Origin: an uncultured Oscillospiraceae bacterium
Lineage (GTDB): Bacteria > Bacillota > Clostridia > Oscillospirales > Acutalibacteraceae
Direction of reading: 5' to 3'
Length of the DNA: 42,765 nt
NCBI GenBank assembly: GCA_902490145.1
Contig: CABUCT010000001.1
Span: forward strand, 1 to 42,765
Shown: positions 26,600 to 35,915 of the stretch, one piece after another
Layout: every line of letters starts with the position of its first letter
Position numbering within the stretch: position 1 is the stretch's first letter
Made by a program: the position numbers and the translations under genes
The notes under the pieces: generated by a model
Database searches by the model: none
The model's input: only the letters and a program-made list of their open reading frames with translations
What the model was told of the DNA's origin: nothing

Positions 26600-27624
26600 T
26601 ATTTTTTACCCCCTAACTTTTTGATAACCTTTGCAATATTCATAGAAATAGGACACTTTGCAACACATCTTCCGCATCCGACGCAGGAATAAAGTCCTTC
26701 ATTGTTTGCCGGATAGTACACAAGCTTATGCATAAAGCGTTGACGGAAGCGTTCAAGCTGGCTTGTGCGGGGGTTTCCGTGAGCCATTTTGGTAAAGTCG
26801 GAGTACATGCAGGAATCCCAGCAGCGATATCTTTGAACACCGTGACCGGTGTCATAGTCGCGGATATCATAGCACTGGCAAGTCGGACAAACAAATGTGC
26901 AGGTTCCGCATCCGATACATGATTCCGAAAGAGTTGCCCATTCGGGAGAATTGAATTTTTCAAGCATAACTTCTTCGCTGCCAAAGCCTTCAAGCGACAG
27001 ATCGGAGAGAGGAAGCTTTTTCATAATTTCGGAAGTTGCTTTTTTCTGTGTTTCTACAGCAGAATTATCGCAAGCTTCAAACAATCCGGAAATTTTATTT
27101 TCCAAAGCCTTACCCTTTTCGGTTATTGCTTCGAAATAAAGAGCATCATCGGTAATATAGGTTACGGCATCGCCTTTAGGATCGGTTGCATCAATGCCGA
27201 ACACGTTGCAAAAACAGGTTTCTTCAGGAGCTGAACAAGCGAGAGTGACAACAGTGCCTTTTTTGCGGCGGTTTTCATAATATGAATCAACCGGATCACT
27301 GAGGAAAACACGGTCAAGCACGTCAAAACTCTTTGCATCGCAGGCACGAACACCAAAAACTACAAAATCTTTGGTTTCATCGCGGTTGTCAATAACCTCA
27401 ATCTTTTTACCCTCGGTTTTGAAAGCCATAAGATTTTCGCTTTGCGGGAAGAAAAGATCCTTCGGAGAGCGATTTGTATGAAGAATATCAAGGCGAACCT
27501 TTGAATCAGCATCCCATTTGAAGAAATCAACATTTCCGCTCTTTTCAATCGGAAGATAAAGCTCTTCGTCGGCTGCGATTGTTTCAAATAATGAATTTAA
27601 TTTTTCTTTTGAAATTTTAAGCAT
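26599..27624 (-). CDS. Polyferredoxin-type 4Fe-4S protein (FlxB / AsrA / sulfhydrogenase-beta-like)
   Basis: 341-aa ORF with GVRACD, CIGCGTCTFVCPTCQC and CVGCGRCVAKCP. It overlaps each neighbour by 1 nt. Confidence 0.75.
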   Translation of the reverse strand: MLKISKEKLNSLFETIAADEELYLPIEKSGNVDFFKWDADSKVRLDILHTNRSPKDLFFPQSENLMAFKTEGKKIEVIDNRDETKDFVVFGVRACDAKSFDVLDRVFLSDPVDSYYENRRKKGTVVTLACSAPEETCFCNVFGIDATDPKGDAVTYITDDALYFEAITEKGKALENKISGLFEACDNSAVETQKKATSEIMKKLPLSDLSLEGFGSEEVMLEKFNSPEWATLSESCIGCGTCTFVCPTCQCYDIRDYDTGHGVQRYRCWDSCMYSDFTKMAHGNPRTSQLERFRQRFMHKLVYYPANNEGLYSCVGCGRCVAKCPISMNIAKVIKKLGGKK

Positions 27625-28613
27625 TAGTTGTCGCCTCCTTTATCCGAAACCACAGAGGGCTCAACATCATTTTGAGTGAAGCTGGTGAGTGGGGTGCGGA
27701 CTTCGTCATCAGAACCCGCCTGATATTCACCGTAAAAGCTGTCAATATCTTTGATAAATTTGCGATTAAGCAAATGAAGCGGAATGTTTTGAGGGCAAAC
27801 TCTTGAACACTCTCCGCAGTCGGTGCAGCGACCGGCAACATGGAATGCACGGATAATGTGGAAACAATTTTCTTCGAAGCTGTCAACCGGAGCTTTAGAA
27901 GCAATTCCTGATTCAGCATTGTCAAACACACAGTTTGTGCAGGTACAGGCAGGGCATACATTGCGGCAGGCATTGCAGCGAATGCATTTTGAAAGCTCAC
28001 CTCTCCAAAATTCAAAACGCTCGTCCGGAGTCATGGCTTCAAGTTTCTCAACTATTTCAAAGCGATCGGATTTCCATGAATTATCGGGAGTTTCATCTTT
28101 AACTATAAGTTCATCCTGAACAACGTGGGTGCGGCCTTTGCATACACAGCAGCGATCAAGAAGTGCATCTCTGCGGGAAACCTGTTTGTCACCGTAAAGT
28201 GTATGAACAACGAGCGTGTCTCCATCCTCGTCAATAGATGTAATACCTGTAATCCCCATCTTGCGGAGCTTTTCAACGTCAAGCTTTCCACCGCAGTGAA
28301 TGCCGATAGCATAAATTTTTTCGCGGTCAACGCGATGTTCTTTAATCAGCTGATTTAAGCTGTATGTATCGCATGGTTTAAGGAAAACAGCGGTTTTACC
28401 ATCTTTTTTGGACTCTTTTATGAGATATTTACTGAGATTTGCACCGCAAAATCCATTATACACAAAATCATCGAGCTGATCAGCAGAGGTAAACACAGCA
28501 GGTGTGGGATCATAGAAGAACTCTCCGTTTTTCCAACCGACAACACGAGCTACTTCTCCGGAGGACAAAAGCTCTTGAGCCTTTGATTTCATTCGGTCAA
28601 AGATTTCTTGCAT
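27624..28613 (-). CDS. Polyferredoxin-type 4Fe-4S protein (FlxC-like)
   Basis: 329-aa ORF with LKPCD, CIRCNACRNVCPACTC and CTDCGECSRVCP. A good SD (GGAGG, 7-nt spacing) precedes the ATG at 28613. Confidence 0.7.
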   Translation of the reverse strand: MQEIFDRMKSKAQELLSSGEVARVVGWKNGEFFYDPTPAVFTSADQLDDFVYNGFCGANLSKYLIKESKKDGKTAVFLKPCDTYSLNQLIKEHRVDREKIYAIGIHCGGKLDVEKLRKMGITGITSIDEDGDTLVVHTLYGDKQVSRRDALLDRCCVCKGRTHVVQDELIVKDETPDNSWKSDRFEIVEKLEAMTPDERFEFWRGELSKCIRCNACRNVCPACTCTNCVFDNAESGIASKAPVDSFEENCFHIIRAFHVAGRCTDCGECSRVCPQNIPLHLLNRKFIKDIDSFYGEYQAGSDDEVRTPLTSFTQNDVEPSVVSDKGGDN

Positions 28614-29044
28614 CTCAAATCCTCCAATCTCTTATTCGGACCAAGCTCGGTCACAGTTTTTACAAAGTCGTTCATAACTGTAGAAAATCTTGCACCTTCA
28701 GCAGCAGAAACCCATTCAACACGGGTACGTCCCCTCTCGATTCCGAGATAGTCAAGCATACCGAAAAGCAAAGTCATTCTGCGTCTTGCATAATAGTTTC
28801 CGGTTGTATAGTGGCAATCGCCGGGATGGCATCCGCACATGATAACACCGTCTGCACCACGCTGAAAAGCCCTTAAAATGAATATCGGGTTTACACGGCA
28901 GGAGCAAGGCACACGAATTATTTTTACATTTGCGGGATAGTTAAGACGGTTGGTTCCGGCCAGATCCGCCCCTGCATATGAACACCAGTTGCAGCAGAAA
29001 GCAACAATTTTCGGGGTGAATTCTTTGCTGTCATTTATTTGCAT
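28589..29044 (-). CDS. MvhD/FlxD-type protein (methyl-viologen-reducing hydrogenase delta subunit family)
   Basis: 151-aa ORF with the characteristic block VAFCCNWCSYAGADLAG...IRVPCSCRV...GADGVIMCGCHPGDCHY. Confidence 0.9.
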   Translation of the reverse strand: MQINDSKEFTPKIVAFCCNWCSYAGADLAGTNRLNYPANVKIIRVPCSCRVNPIFILRAFQRGADGVIMCGCHPGDCHYTTGNYYARRRMTLLFGMLDYLGIERGRTRVEWVSAAEGARFSTVMNDFVKTVTELGPNKRLEDLRCKKSLTE

Positions 29045-31023
29045 ATTGCATCTACCTCCGCCATAATCTGTTTATTTGAGAATCCCTTAAGGTCCATAGC
29101 TCCTGACGGGCAGGTAACAGTACAAGCACCGCAGCCCTGACATACAGCTTCGTTGACCGAAGCCACTCTTCTTGTTTCGGTTTTGCCACCGCCGAGGCGG
29201 AATTCCTTGTCTATATAAGAAATAGCACCATAGGGACAAACGTTGGCACAAGCCGAGCAGCCGTTACAGGTCATCTCGTTGGAATGAGCAACGCATGGAT
29301 TGCAGGTAAGCTTATCTTTTGAAAGAAGCCCGATAACCTTTGCGGCAGCAGCCGAAGCCTGAGCAACCGTTTCAGGAATATCTTTAGGTCCTTGGCAAAC
29401 GCCCGAAAGGAATACGCCCGCAGTGGGACTTTCGACCGGACGAAGCTTTGGATGAGCCTCTGTAAAGAAATCGTTAGTATCCATGCTGGCAGTAAGCTTT
29501 GTCGCAATCGAGCGGGCGGACTTGTCTGGCTCGATAGCAGCGGCAAGCACAACCATATCGGCTTCAATGTGAAGTTGTTCATTCATTATAAGATCAGAGG
29601 CCTGAACGGTTAGCTTTCCGTCATGTGGAGCAACCTTTCCCACCATGCCTTTTATGTAATGAACACCGTATTCTTCAACTGCACGGCGATAGAACTCGTC
29701 AAAGTTCTTTCCAGGGGTACGAACATCTATATAGAATACATAAACATCTGTGTCCGGATATTTCTCGCGAGTCAGCATTGCGTGTTTTGCAGTATACATG
29801 CAGCAAATCTTTGAGCAATACTCTTTTCCGCAGCCTGATGTATCACGGCTTCCGACACACTGAACGAAAACAATGGTGTGCGGATGGGTTTTGTCGGACG
29901 GACGGAGAAGCGTTCCTCCGGTTGGTCCGGCAGCATTCATAAGACGCTCATATTCAAGAGAAGTTACAACATCGGGACTCTGCGAATAAGCAAATTCGTC
30001 ATAATTATCAAGTTTTATGGGATTAAATCCGGTTGCGGCAACGATAGCACCGTATTTTTGTTCGATAATTTCGTCCTTCTGTTTGTAGTCAATAGCATTT
30101 GCGGTACATACCTTAGAGCAAACCCCGCATTTCCCGGTCTTGAGCATAGTGCAGTAGTCCGGATCAATTCGGGCGACCTTCGGAACTGCCTGAGCAAACG
30201 GGATGTAGATAGCTCTGCGGTTATCAAGTCCGAGATTGAATTCGTTAGGGACTTTTTTCTGAGGACATTTTTCGGTGCAAAGTCCGCATCCGGTACATAC
30301 ATCCTCTTTTACATATCTGGCTTTCTTGCGAATTTTAACACTGAAGTTTCCGACGAATCCGCCGACTTCTTCAATTTCGCTGAAAGAGTAAATTTTTATT
30401 TTTTCATTTTGTGCGGCCTCAACCATTTTCGGAGTCAGAATACAGGCGGCACAGTCAAGAGTCGGGAAGGTTTTGTCGATCTGAGCCATCTTTCCACCGA
30501 TTGTTGGAGACTTCTCAACAATATCGACTTCATAACCTGCGTCGGCAATATCAAGAGCAGTCTGAATACCTGCGATACCACCGCCGATAACCAAAGCTCG
30601 TTTGGTTACAGGGCTTTCTCCTGCGGTGAGGGGAGCATTGAGATGAACCTTTGCAATAGCTGCACGACCAAGAATGATGGCCTTTTCGGTGGCAATCTCC
30701 ATATCCTTATGGATCCATGAACACTGTTCACGGATATTTGCAACCTCGACCATATATGGGTTAAGTCCGACAGATGCGGCAGCTTTTCTGAAAGTTGCTT
30801 CGTGCATACGGGGTGAGCAGGAGCAAATAACTACACCGGTAAGAGAATGTTCCTTAATGGCATTTTTAATAAGATCCTGACCTGCCTGAGAGCACATATA
30901 TTGATAGTCGGCGGAAAAAACAACACCGGGCTCTTTCCCGAGTTCTTCTGCAACTTTTTTAACGTCTACGGTTGCGGCAATGTTGCTTCCGCACCAGCAG
31001 ACAAATACACCTATTCTCTGCAT
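29035..31023 (-). CDS. hdrA: Heterodisulfide reductase subunit A-like flavoprotein
   Basis: 662-aa ORF. It has the N-terminal Cys domain (VFVCWCGSNI...CSCSPRMH) and the FAD fold (VIGGGIAGIQTALDIA...GGKMAQIDKTFPTLDCAAC). An inserted ferredoxin domain (CTGCGLCTEKCP, CGVCSKVC) and a C-terminal one (CNGCSACANVCP, CQGCGACTVTCP) are also present. Confidence 0.9.
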   Translation of the reverse strand: MQRIGVFVCWCGSNIAATVDVKKVAEELGKEPGVVFSADYQYMCSQAGQDLIKNAIKEHSLTGVVICSCSPRMHEATFRKAAASVGLNPYMVEVANIREQCSWIHKDMEIATEKAIILGRAAIAKVHLNAPLTAGESPVTKRALVIGGGIAGIQTALDIADAGYEVDIVEKSPTIGGKMAQIDKTFPTLDCAACILTPKMVEAAQNEKIKIYSFSEIEEVGGFVGNFSVKIRKKARYVKEDVCTGCGLCTEKCPQKKVPNEFNLGLDNRRAIYIPFAQAVPKVARIDPDYCTMLKTGKCGVCSKVCTANAIDYKQKDEIIEQKYGAIVAATGFNPIKLDNYDEFAYSQSPDVVTSLEYERLMNAAGPTGGTLLRPSDKTHPHTIVFVQCVGSRDTSGCGKEYCSKICCMYTAKHAMLTREKYPDTDVYVFYIDVRTPGKNFDEFYRRAVEEYGVHYIKGMVGKVAPHDGKLTVQASDLIMNEQLHIEADMVVLAAAIEPDKSARSIATKLTASMDTNDFFTEAHPKLRPVESPTAGVFLSGVCQGPKDIPETVAQASAAAAKVIGLLSKDKLTCNPCVAHSNEMTCNGCSACANVCPYGAISYIDKEFRLGGGKTETRRVASVNEAVCQGCGACTVTCPSGAMDLKGFSNKQIMAEVDAICK

Positions 31024-31037
31024 TAGCTTTTTCCTCC

Positions 31038-31430
31038 TTACTTACTGTGTTTTCTCATAACGCTGACGATTGCCTGTTGGGGCAGATCATCATTGAGAAG
31101 TGACGGAATGTCATCTTGTTTCATGTGGTTTTGACCCTGCTGGCGAATGACCGAAAGACGGACAGCTTCAACAAACTTTGCAGGTTCAACACCTCTTGGA
31201 CAGCGTTCAACGCAGGCAAGACATGAAAGACACATAAAAAGACTCTTTGAATTCATAAGAGGCTCGATTTTGCCCTGTTCAACCATAGCGACAAACTGAT
31301 GGGGATGATATTCCATCTCGCCGTAAGCAGGACATGTGCCTGAACATTTTCCGCATTTCATACACTTTCTTGGGTTAACACCGGCAATGCGGATTATTTC
31401 CTCAGAGAGGTTAGCGTTTGTATTGCTCAT
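31038..31430 (-). CDS. hdrC: Heterodisulfide reductase subunit C-like 2x[4Fe-4S] protein
   Basis: 130-aa ORF with CMKCGKCSGTCP and CLSCLACVERCP. It overlaps hdrB by 4 nt. Confidence 0.85.
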   Translation of the reverse strand: MSNTNANLSEEIIRIAGVNPRKCMKCGKCSGTCPAYGEMEYHPHQFVAMVEQGKIEPLMNSKSLFMCLSCLACVERCPRGVEPAKFVEAVRLSVIRQQGQNHMKQDDIPSLLNDDLPQQAIVSVMRKHSK

Positions 31431-32218
31431 TTGTCCTCCTCCTTTACGCCGAGAGCTTCGGCGAGAATTTCGGTGAAGTAATAAACCGGCAGTCCGTTTT
31501 GTGCGTTGTGATTAAGGTTGTACATACAAAGCGGACAAGCGGTGATAAGCATTTCTGCTCCTGCACTTTTGGCCGAGTCATTTATATTCGTTACCTTTGC
31601 TTTTGGAAGATCTTCATCCTCCATGGTGATATATCCGCCGCAGCATTCATTGCGATACGGATAAACGACCGGTTCAGCTCCGAGAGCACGAATGAAATCT
31701 TCGATAATAGTCGGATTTTCGGGATTATCAAAGCCGAGCTGTTTTCCTGGACGAAGAAGCAGGCAGCCGTAATAAGCACCGATTTTCTTTCCGGTAAGCG
31801 GATTTTTAACGGCTTCTTTAAGCTTGTCAAATCCGATCTTATCGCGAAGAAGCTCAAGGAAGTGAATGACCTCTGCCTCTCCGTTATACGGATTTTCAAG
31901 AGCAAGGTAATTGTTTGCTTTGAAGTTCATGTTGGCGTCGTTTTTCATGTCATAGTTTGTACGTTTTATAACATGATGACAGGCCGAACACATAGTTACA
32001 AGAGTCTGCCCTTTGTCACGTGCCGCTGCAAGAGCTCTGACAGATGAGAGTTTTGGAGCGATTTCGTCGCTTCCCATAGGATAAACTCCACCGCAGCACT
32101 GCCATTCGGGCAATTCCTCAAGAGTGATACCAAGAGCCTCGGCGGATTTTCTGGCGTATATATCGAGATCCTTGGCTTTGGTTTTGAGTGTACAGCCGGG
32201 ATAATAACTGTATATCAT
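31427..32218 (-). CDS. hdrB: Heterodisulfide reductase subunit B-like protein (two CCG domains)
   Basis: 263-aa ORF with two copies of the C...CCGG...CxxC pattern: YYPGC...QCCGG...CSAC and YYGC...ECCGG...CPLC. Confidence 0.9.
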   Translation of the reverse strand: MIYSYYPGCTLKTKAKDLDIYARKSAEALGITLEELPEWQCCGGVYPMGSDEIAPKLSSVRALAAARDKGQTLVTMCSACHHVIKRTNYDMKNDANMNFKANNYLALENPYNGEAEVIHFLELLRDKIGFDKLKEAVKNPLTGKKIGAYYGCLLLRPGKQLGFDNPENPTIIEDFIRALGAEPVVYPYRNECCGGYITMEDEDLPKAKVTNINDSAKSAGAEMLITACPLCMYNLNHNAQNGLPVYYFTEILAEALGVKEEDK

Positions 32219-32244
32219 AACTCGCTCATTCCTTTCGCAAATTT

Positions 32245-33192
32245 TTATATTTCAAGTCCTTTTATAACCGATTTAAGGTTGTCGGCACTCTTTCTAAGAA
32301 GAGCCATTTCCCCTTGAGTAAGAGGAGTGGGGACTTTGCATTTGATTCCCTGATTATTTACAAGCGACAAGGTGCTCAGGCATACGTCGTCAATACCGTA
32401 TTCGCCGTTCATCATGCTGCTGACCGTGAGAGCGGTATCAACGCTTGAAAAAATGCAGCGGCAGATCATTGCAGTTACGATTGAGACTGCATAGTAAGTA
32501 GCTCCCTTGTTCTCAATGATAGTAGCACCGGAATTTTTAACATATTCCCAAATTTTCTGGCGGTCAATGGGAGGAACAGCAGTTTCCTTGCTGAAGAAAC
32601 AGTCATGATACTGGTTGATGCTGATGCTGGAAATAGTCGAGATAGACCACGGAATGAATGATGTGTCACCGTGCTCACCAAAAACATAAGCATGAACGTT
32701 TTTCTGGCTTACATTATAGTAGTCAGCAAGACTTGTACGCAGACGTGCAGTATCAAGAAGAGTTCCCGAACCGAACACACGGTTCTGCGGAATACCTGAG
32801 ACTTTAGTAAAGACATATGTGAGAATGTCAACAGGGTTTGCAACAATGACATAAATAGCATCAGGAGCATATTTTGTTATCTCCGGTGCAATCTTTTTGA
32901 TTATGTTGGTGTTTACCTGAGACAATTCAAGACGTGACTGACCTGCTTTACGTGCAACTCCTGAGGTGATGATAACGATATCAGCATCTTTGGCATCGGA
33001 ATATGTACCGGAATAAATATTTGTCGGGGAACAATATGCTGTGCCCTGACGGATGTCCATAGCCTCACCGAAAGCCTTTTTTTCATTAATATCGATGAGG
33101 ACGATTTCTGCGGCGGTTCCGTTTACGGTCAAGGTGTATGCAATGGTGGCACCAACATTACCGGTACCGATAATAGCAACTTTGCTGCTCAT
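32245..33192 (-). CDS. L-lactate/malate dehydrogenase family enzyme; Arg at the substrate-specificity position suggests an LDH-like malate dehydrogenase
   Basis: 315-aa ORF with the Rossmann motif IIGTGNVG, the catalytic block GEHGDTS and LDTARLR. The loop GVARKAGQSR aligns with LDH GANQKPGETR, placing Arg where LDH has Gln102. Confidence 0.85.
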   Translation of the reverse strand: MSSKVAIIGTGNVGATIAYTLTVNGTAAEIVLIDINEKKAFGEAMDIRQGTAYCSPTNIYSGTYSDAKDADIVIITSGVARKAGQSRLELSQVNTNIIKKIAPEITKYAPDAIYVIVANPVDILTYVFTKVSGIPQNRVFGSGTLLDTARLRTSLADYYNVSQKNVHAYVFGEHGDTSFIPWSISTISSISINQYHDCFFSKETAVPPIDRQKIWEYVKNSGATIIENKGATYYAVSIVTAMICRCIFSSVDTALTVSSMMNGEYGIDDVCLSTLSLVNNQGIKCKVPTPLTQGEMALLRKSADNLKSVIKGLEI

Positions 33193-33328
33193 ACTTAATC
33201 ATTCCTTACTCTGATTTCTTATTAAGGGAAAATAACACACCGAGATGTTATTTGGAAGCAAATAATCCAATAAATTTAGAAAATTTTATTTCTTTTGGGA
33301 TATCTTGTTGAATACCCCCAAAACGCAC

Positions 33329-33354
33329 GCAAAGGACGGAAGAACCGTCCTTGC
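33329..33354 (-). terminator. Possible weak terminator between the fumarase genes and the dehydrogenase gene
   Basis: On the minus strand, GCAAGGACGG-TTCTT-CCGTCCTTTGC (one bulge) is followed by GTGCGTTTT. Confidence 0.35.
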
Positions 33355-33377
33355 ATTTCAGTTTCCTTTTAAGGAAA

Positions 33378-33986
33378 TTATTTCATATAGTGAACTTTTG
33401 GCTTAAGCTCTGCGGCTTGCTTATCGCGGGCAGAATCAAAATCCTTGCGAACCTGAGTGAACATATTGTTTCCCTGGGTATCAATAGAAACGATCAGCGG
33501 ACCGAATTCTTTAACCCGACATACCCAAAGAGCCTCAGGAACACCGAAATCGAGCCATTCAACATCTTCAACTTCTTCGACCTCCTCGGCGGCCATAACG
33601 GCACATCCGCCGGGGAGAACGCAGTGCAAAGCACCGAATTCTTTACAGGCAGCAGCAGTGTTATCTCCCATGCCGCCTTTACCAATGATAATTTTAACAC
33701 CGGTCTGCTCGATGAAATCAGCCTCAAATGCTTCCATTCTCATGCTGGTGGTCGGGCCTACAGATACCATTGAGTATTTGTCTCCGTCTTTTTTAACAAT
33801 CGGACCCGCGTGGAAAATAGCATTTCCTGCGAATTCAAAATTAGGTTTAATACCCTCATGAACACGTCTTGCGTGGCCGGAGTCACGGCAAGTAGCCATC
33901 ATTCCGGTGAGGTATATCATATCGCCAACACGAAGATCTGCAATATCTTCGGTTTTAATAGGCGTGGTTATGATTCTTTTTTCCAT
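33378..33986 (-). CDS. Class I (Fe-S) hydro-lyase beta subunit: fumarate hydratase or L(+)-tartrate dehydratase beta
   Basis: 202-aa ORF with the Fumerase_C-type block [22 protein letters not shown]. It is paired with the alpha subunit upstream. Confidence 0.85.
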   Translation of the reverse strand: MEKRIITTPIKTEDIADLRVGDMIYLTGMMATCRDSGHARRVHEGIKPNFEFAGNAIFHAGPIVKKDGDKYSMVSVGPTTSMRMEAFEADFIEQTGVKIIIGKGGMGDNTAAACKEFGALHCVLPGGCAVMAAEEVEEVEDVEWLDFGVPEALWVCRVKEFGPLIVSIDTQGNNMFTQVRKDFDSARDKQAAELKPKVHYMK

Positions 33987-34022
33987 ATATAACAGTCCTT
34001 TCGGTCAAATCCAGAATTTATG

Positions 34023-34922
34023 TCAGATTTTTGCACCTTTGTGGGTTATCATCTCGCAGCTGCCGTCTGCCGAAACAGAAAGAGTTCCGCGGCGATGAGC
34101 CCAGCAGCCGGTCTGAACCGACACAGCCAAAGTGGCAGGGTGACGGCAAATGGTTTCAACATTAAGTCCGAGAAGACTTTCGCTTCCGCCGAGACCCTGA
34201 GGTCCGATACCGATTTTATTGATTGAATCAGAGAGAAGCTTTTCAAATTCGGCAACCTTAGGATTCGGGTTATGACTGCCGACTTTTCTGAGAAGAGCTT
34301 TTTTGGAAAGCTTAGTAGCAGTAGAAATACAGCCACTGATACCGACGCCGACAGCGAGAGGAGGACATGCGTTAACACCGCGTCCGGTAACAACGTCAAG
34401 AACAAAGTCAACAACGCCTTCATATCCCTGAGCCGGCATAAGAACTGCCGAACGACCCGGAAGACTGCATCCGCCGCCTGCAAAATAAACGTCCATTTCG
34501 ATTTTATCGGAATCAGGAACAATGTTCCATTCTATGTAAGGAACACCGGTTCCGACGTTTTTGCCGGTATTATACTCGTCGAAGGTTTCAACGGCATTAA
34601 GACGAAGAGGAGTCTGCTGAGTAGCCTGAGCCACAGCCTCATTAATGACTTCGGTGAGAACATTAAGATAAGGACTGAAAGCTCCTGCACGTACATAAAG
34701 ATGAACGATGCCGGTATCCTGGCAGGTTGGTCTCATAATCTCAACTGCTCTTCTTTGATTTCCGATCATGATGTCATAAAGAGTAATAGCACTCTCTTTG
34801 GTTTCTGCTTCTCTCATTTCGAGCAAGCGTGCCATAACATCATCAGGAAGGCGGATAGACGCCATTCCGACAAAGTTGGCAACATGATCAATAAGCTCTT
34901 TTTTCTGCTTCTCGGTGATCAT
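34023..34922 (-). CDS. Class I (Fe-S) hydro-lyase alpha subunit: fumarate hydratase or L(+)-tartrate dehydratase alpha
   Basis: 299-aa ORF with Fumerase-type blocks (CQDTG, GIGPQGLGG, HPATLAVSVQTGCWAHRR). Confidence 0.85.
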   Translation of the reverse strand: MITEKQKKELIDHVANFVGMASIRLPDDVMARLLEMREAETKESAITLYDIMIGNQRRAVEIMRPTCQDTGIVHLYVRAGAFSPYLNVLTEVINEAVAQATQQTPLRLNAVETFDEYNTGKNVGTGVPYIEWNIVPDSDKIEMDVYFAGGGCSLPGRSAVLMPAQGYEGVVDFVLDVVTGRGVNACPPLAVGVGISGCISTATKLSKKALLRKVGSHNPNPKVAEFEKLLSDSINKIGIGPQGLGGSESLLGLNVETICRHPATLAVSVQTGCWAHRRGTLSVSADGSCEMITHKGAKI

Positions 34923-35258
34923 AAAATCATTCCTTTGTACAAAAATGTTATCATATTAATGGTCAAATACTTAAGGTTTTCGGTGTATCAAATAAGGCTG
35001 TACGATAAATCGGAGATTTTAAAAAATTTACAAATAAATTAAAAAAACCGATGATTTCCCTGTAAGCATCAATACAACACCCTATAACCCCACTTTGACT
35101 AATAAATTACGATAGAAGTCTATCACAATTGAAATGAAATTGCAATAGGAAACGTGTTAATTTTTTAACAATTATTTTTTTTGTTATTTATTATTGAAAT
35201 AAAGGGAATTTTGTGATATATTTTCCACATAAATAATATAAAAAAGGGAGATAAACAA

Positions 35259-35915
35259 ATGACTCTTATTGCACCGTCGATTTTGTCGGCAGACTTTGCA
35301 AGGCTCGGAGCCGATTGTGACGAGATGCGTCGTGCGGGAGCAGACATTCTCCATTTTGATGTTATGGACGGTATGTTTGTGCCTAATATTTCTTTTGGTA
35401 TACCCGTGCTTGCATCCCTTAACAAATACACCGATATGCCCATTGATGCACACCTTATGATCGACGAACCGCACAGATATATTGAGCAGTTCGCAAATGC
35501 AGGTGCCGATTATATTACGATACACGTTGAGGCCGAAAGTGATATTGAAGGAACACTCGACAAAATTGCATCTTTTGGCGTAATCCCTTCAATTTCAGTA
35601 AAGCCAAAAACTGCGTCAGAAGAAATTTTTCCGTATCTTGACAAAGTCGGAATGGTTCTTGTTATGTCGGTTGAACCGGGATTCGGAGGGCAAAGCTTCA
35701 TGCCTTGTGCTCTTGATAAAATTTCGTCGATCAGAACCGAATGTAATAAACGAGGACTTACCGACATGAAAATCGAAGTCGACGGAGGAATCGGACTTGA
35801 GACTGCAAAGCAGGTGATAAAAGCCGGTGCGGATGTGCTGGTTGCCGGCAGTGCTTTGTTTAAAGCCGAAGATCCTCAAAAATTTATTGAAGAGCTTAAA
35901 AGCATTAAAGCATAA
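35259..35915 (+). CDS. rpe: Ribulose-phosphate 3-epimerase
   Basis: 218-aa ORF with APSILSADF, HFDVMDGMFVPN, MSVEPGFGGQ and VDGGI. Confidence 0.95.
   Translation: MTLIAPSILSADFARLGADCDEMRRAGADILHFDVMDGMFVPNISFGIPVLASLNKYTDMPIDAHLMIDEPHRYIEQFANAGADYITIHVEAESDIEGTLDKIASFGVIPSISVKPKTASEEIFPYLDKVGMVLVMSVEPGFGGQSFMPCALDKISSIRTECNKRGLTDMKIEVDGGIGLETAKQVIKAGADVLVAGSALFKAEDPQKFIEELKSIKA

Noticed and set aside
32245-33192. Straight call as L-lactate dehydrogenase (ldh).
   Set aside because: Arg rather than Gln sits at the specificity-loop position, and the C4-dicarboxylate gene context favours malate dehydrogenase. The call is kept at family level.
35211-35229. Rex-like box (TTGTGATATATTTTCCACA) between the divergent fumarase operon and rpe.
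   Set aside because: The right half-site does not match TTCACAA without an indel, leaving only a TGTG-N10-CACA symmetry. It lies ~290 nt from the fumarase start, and no better Rex box is seen upstream of the dehydrogenase gene.
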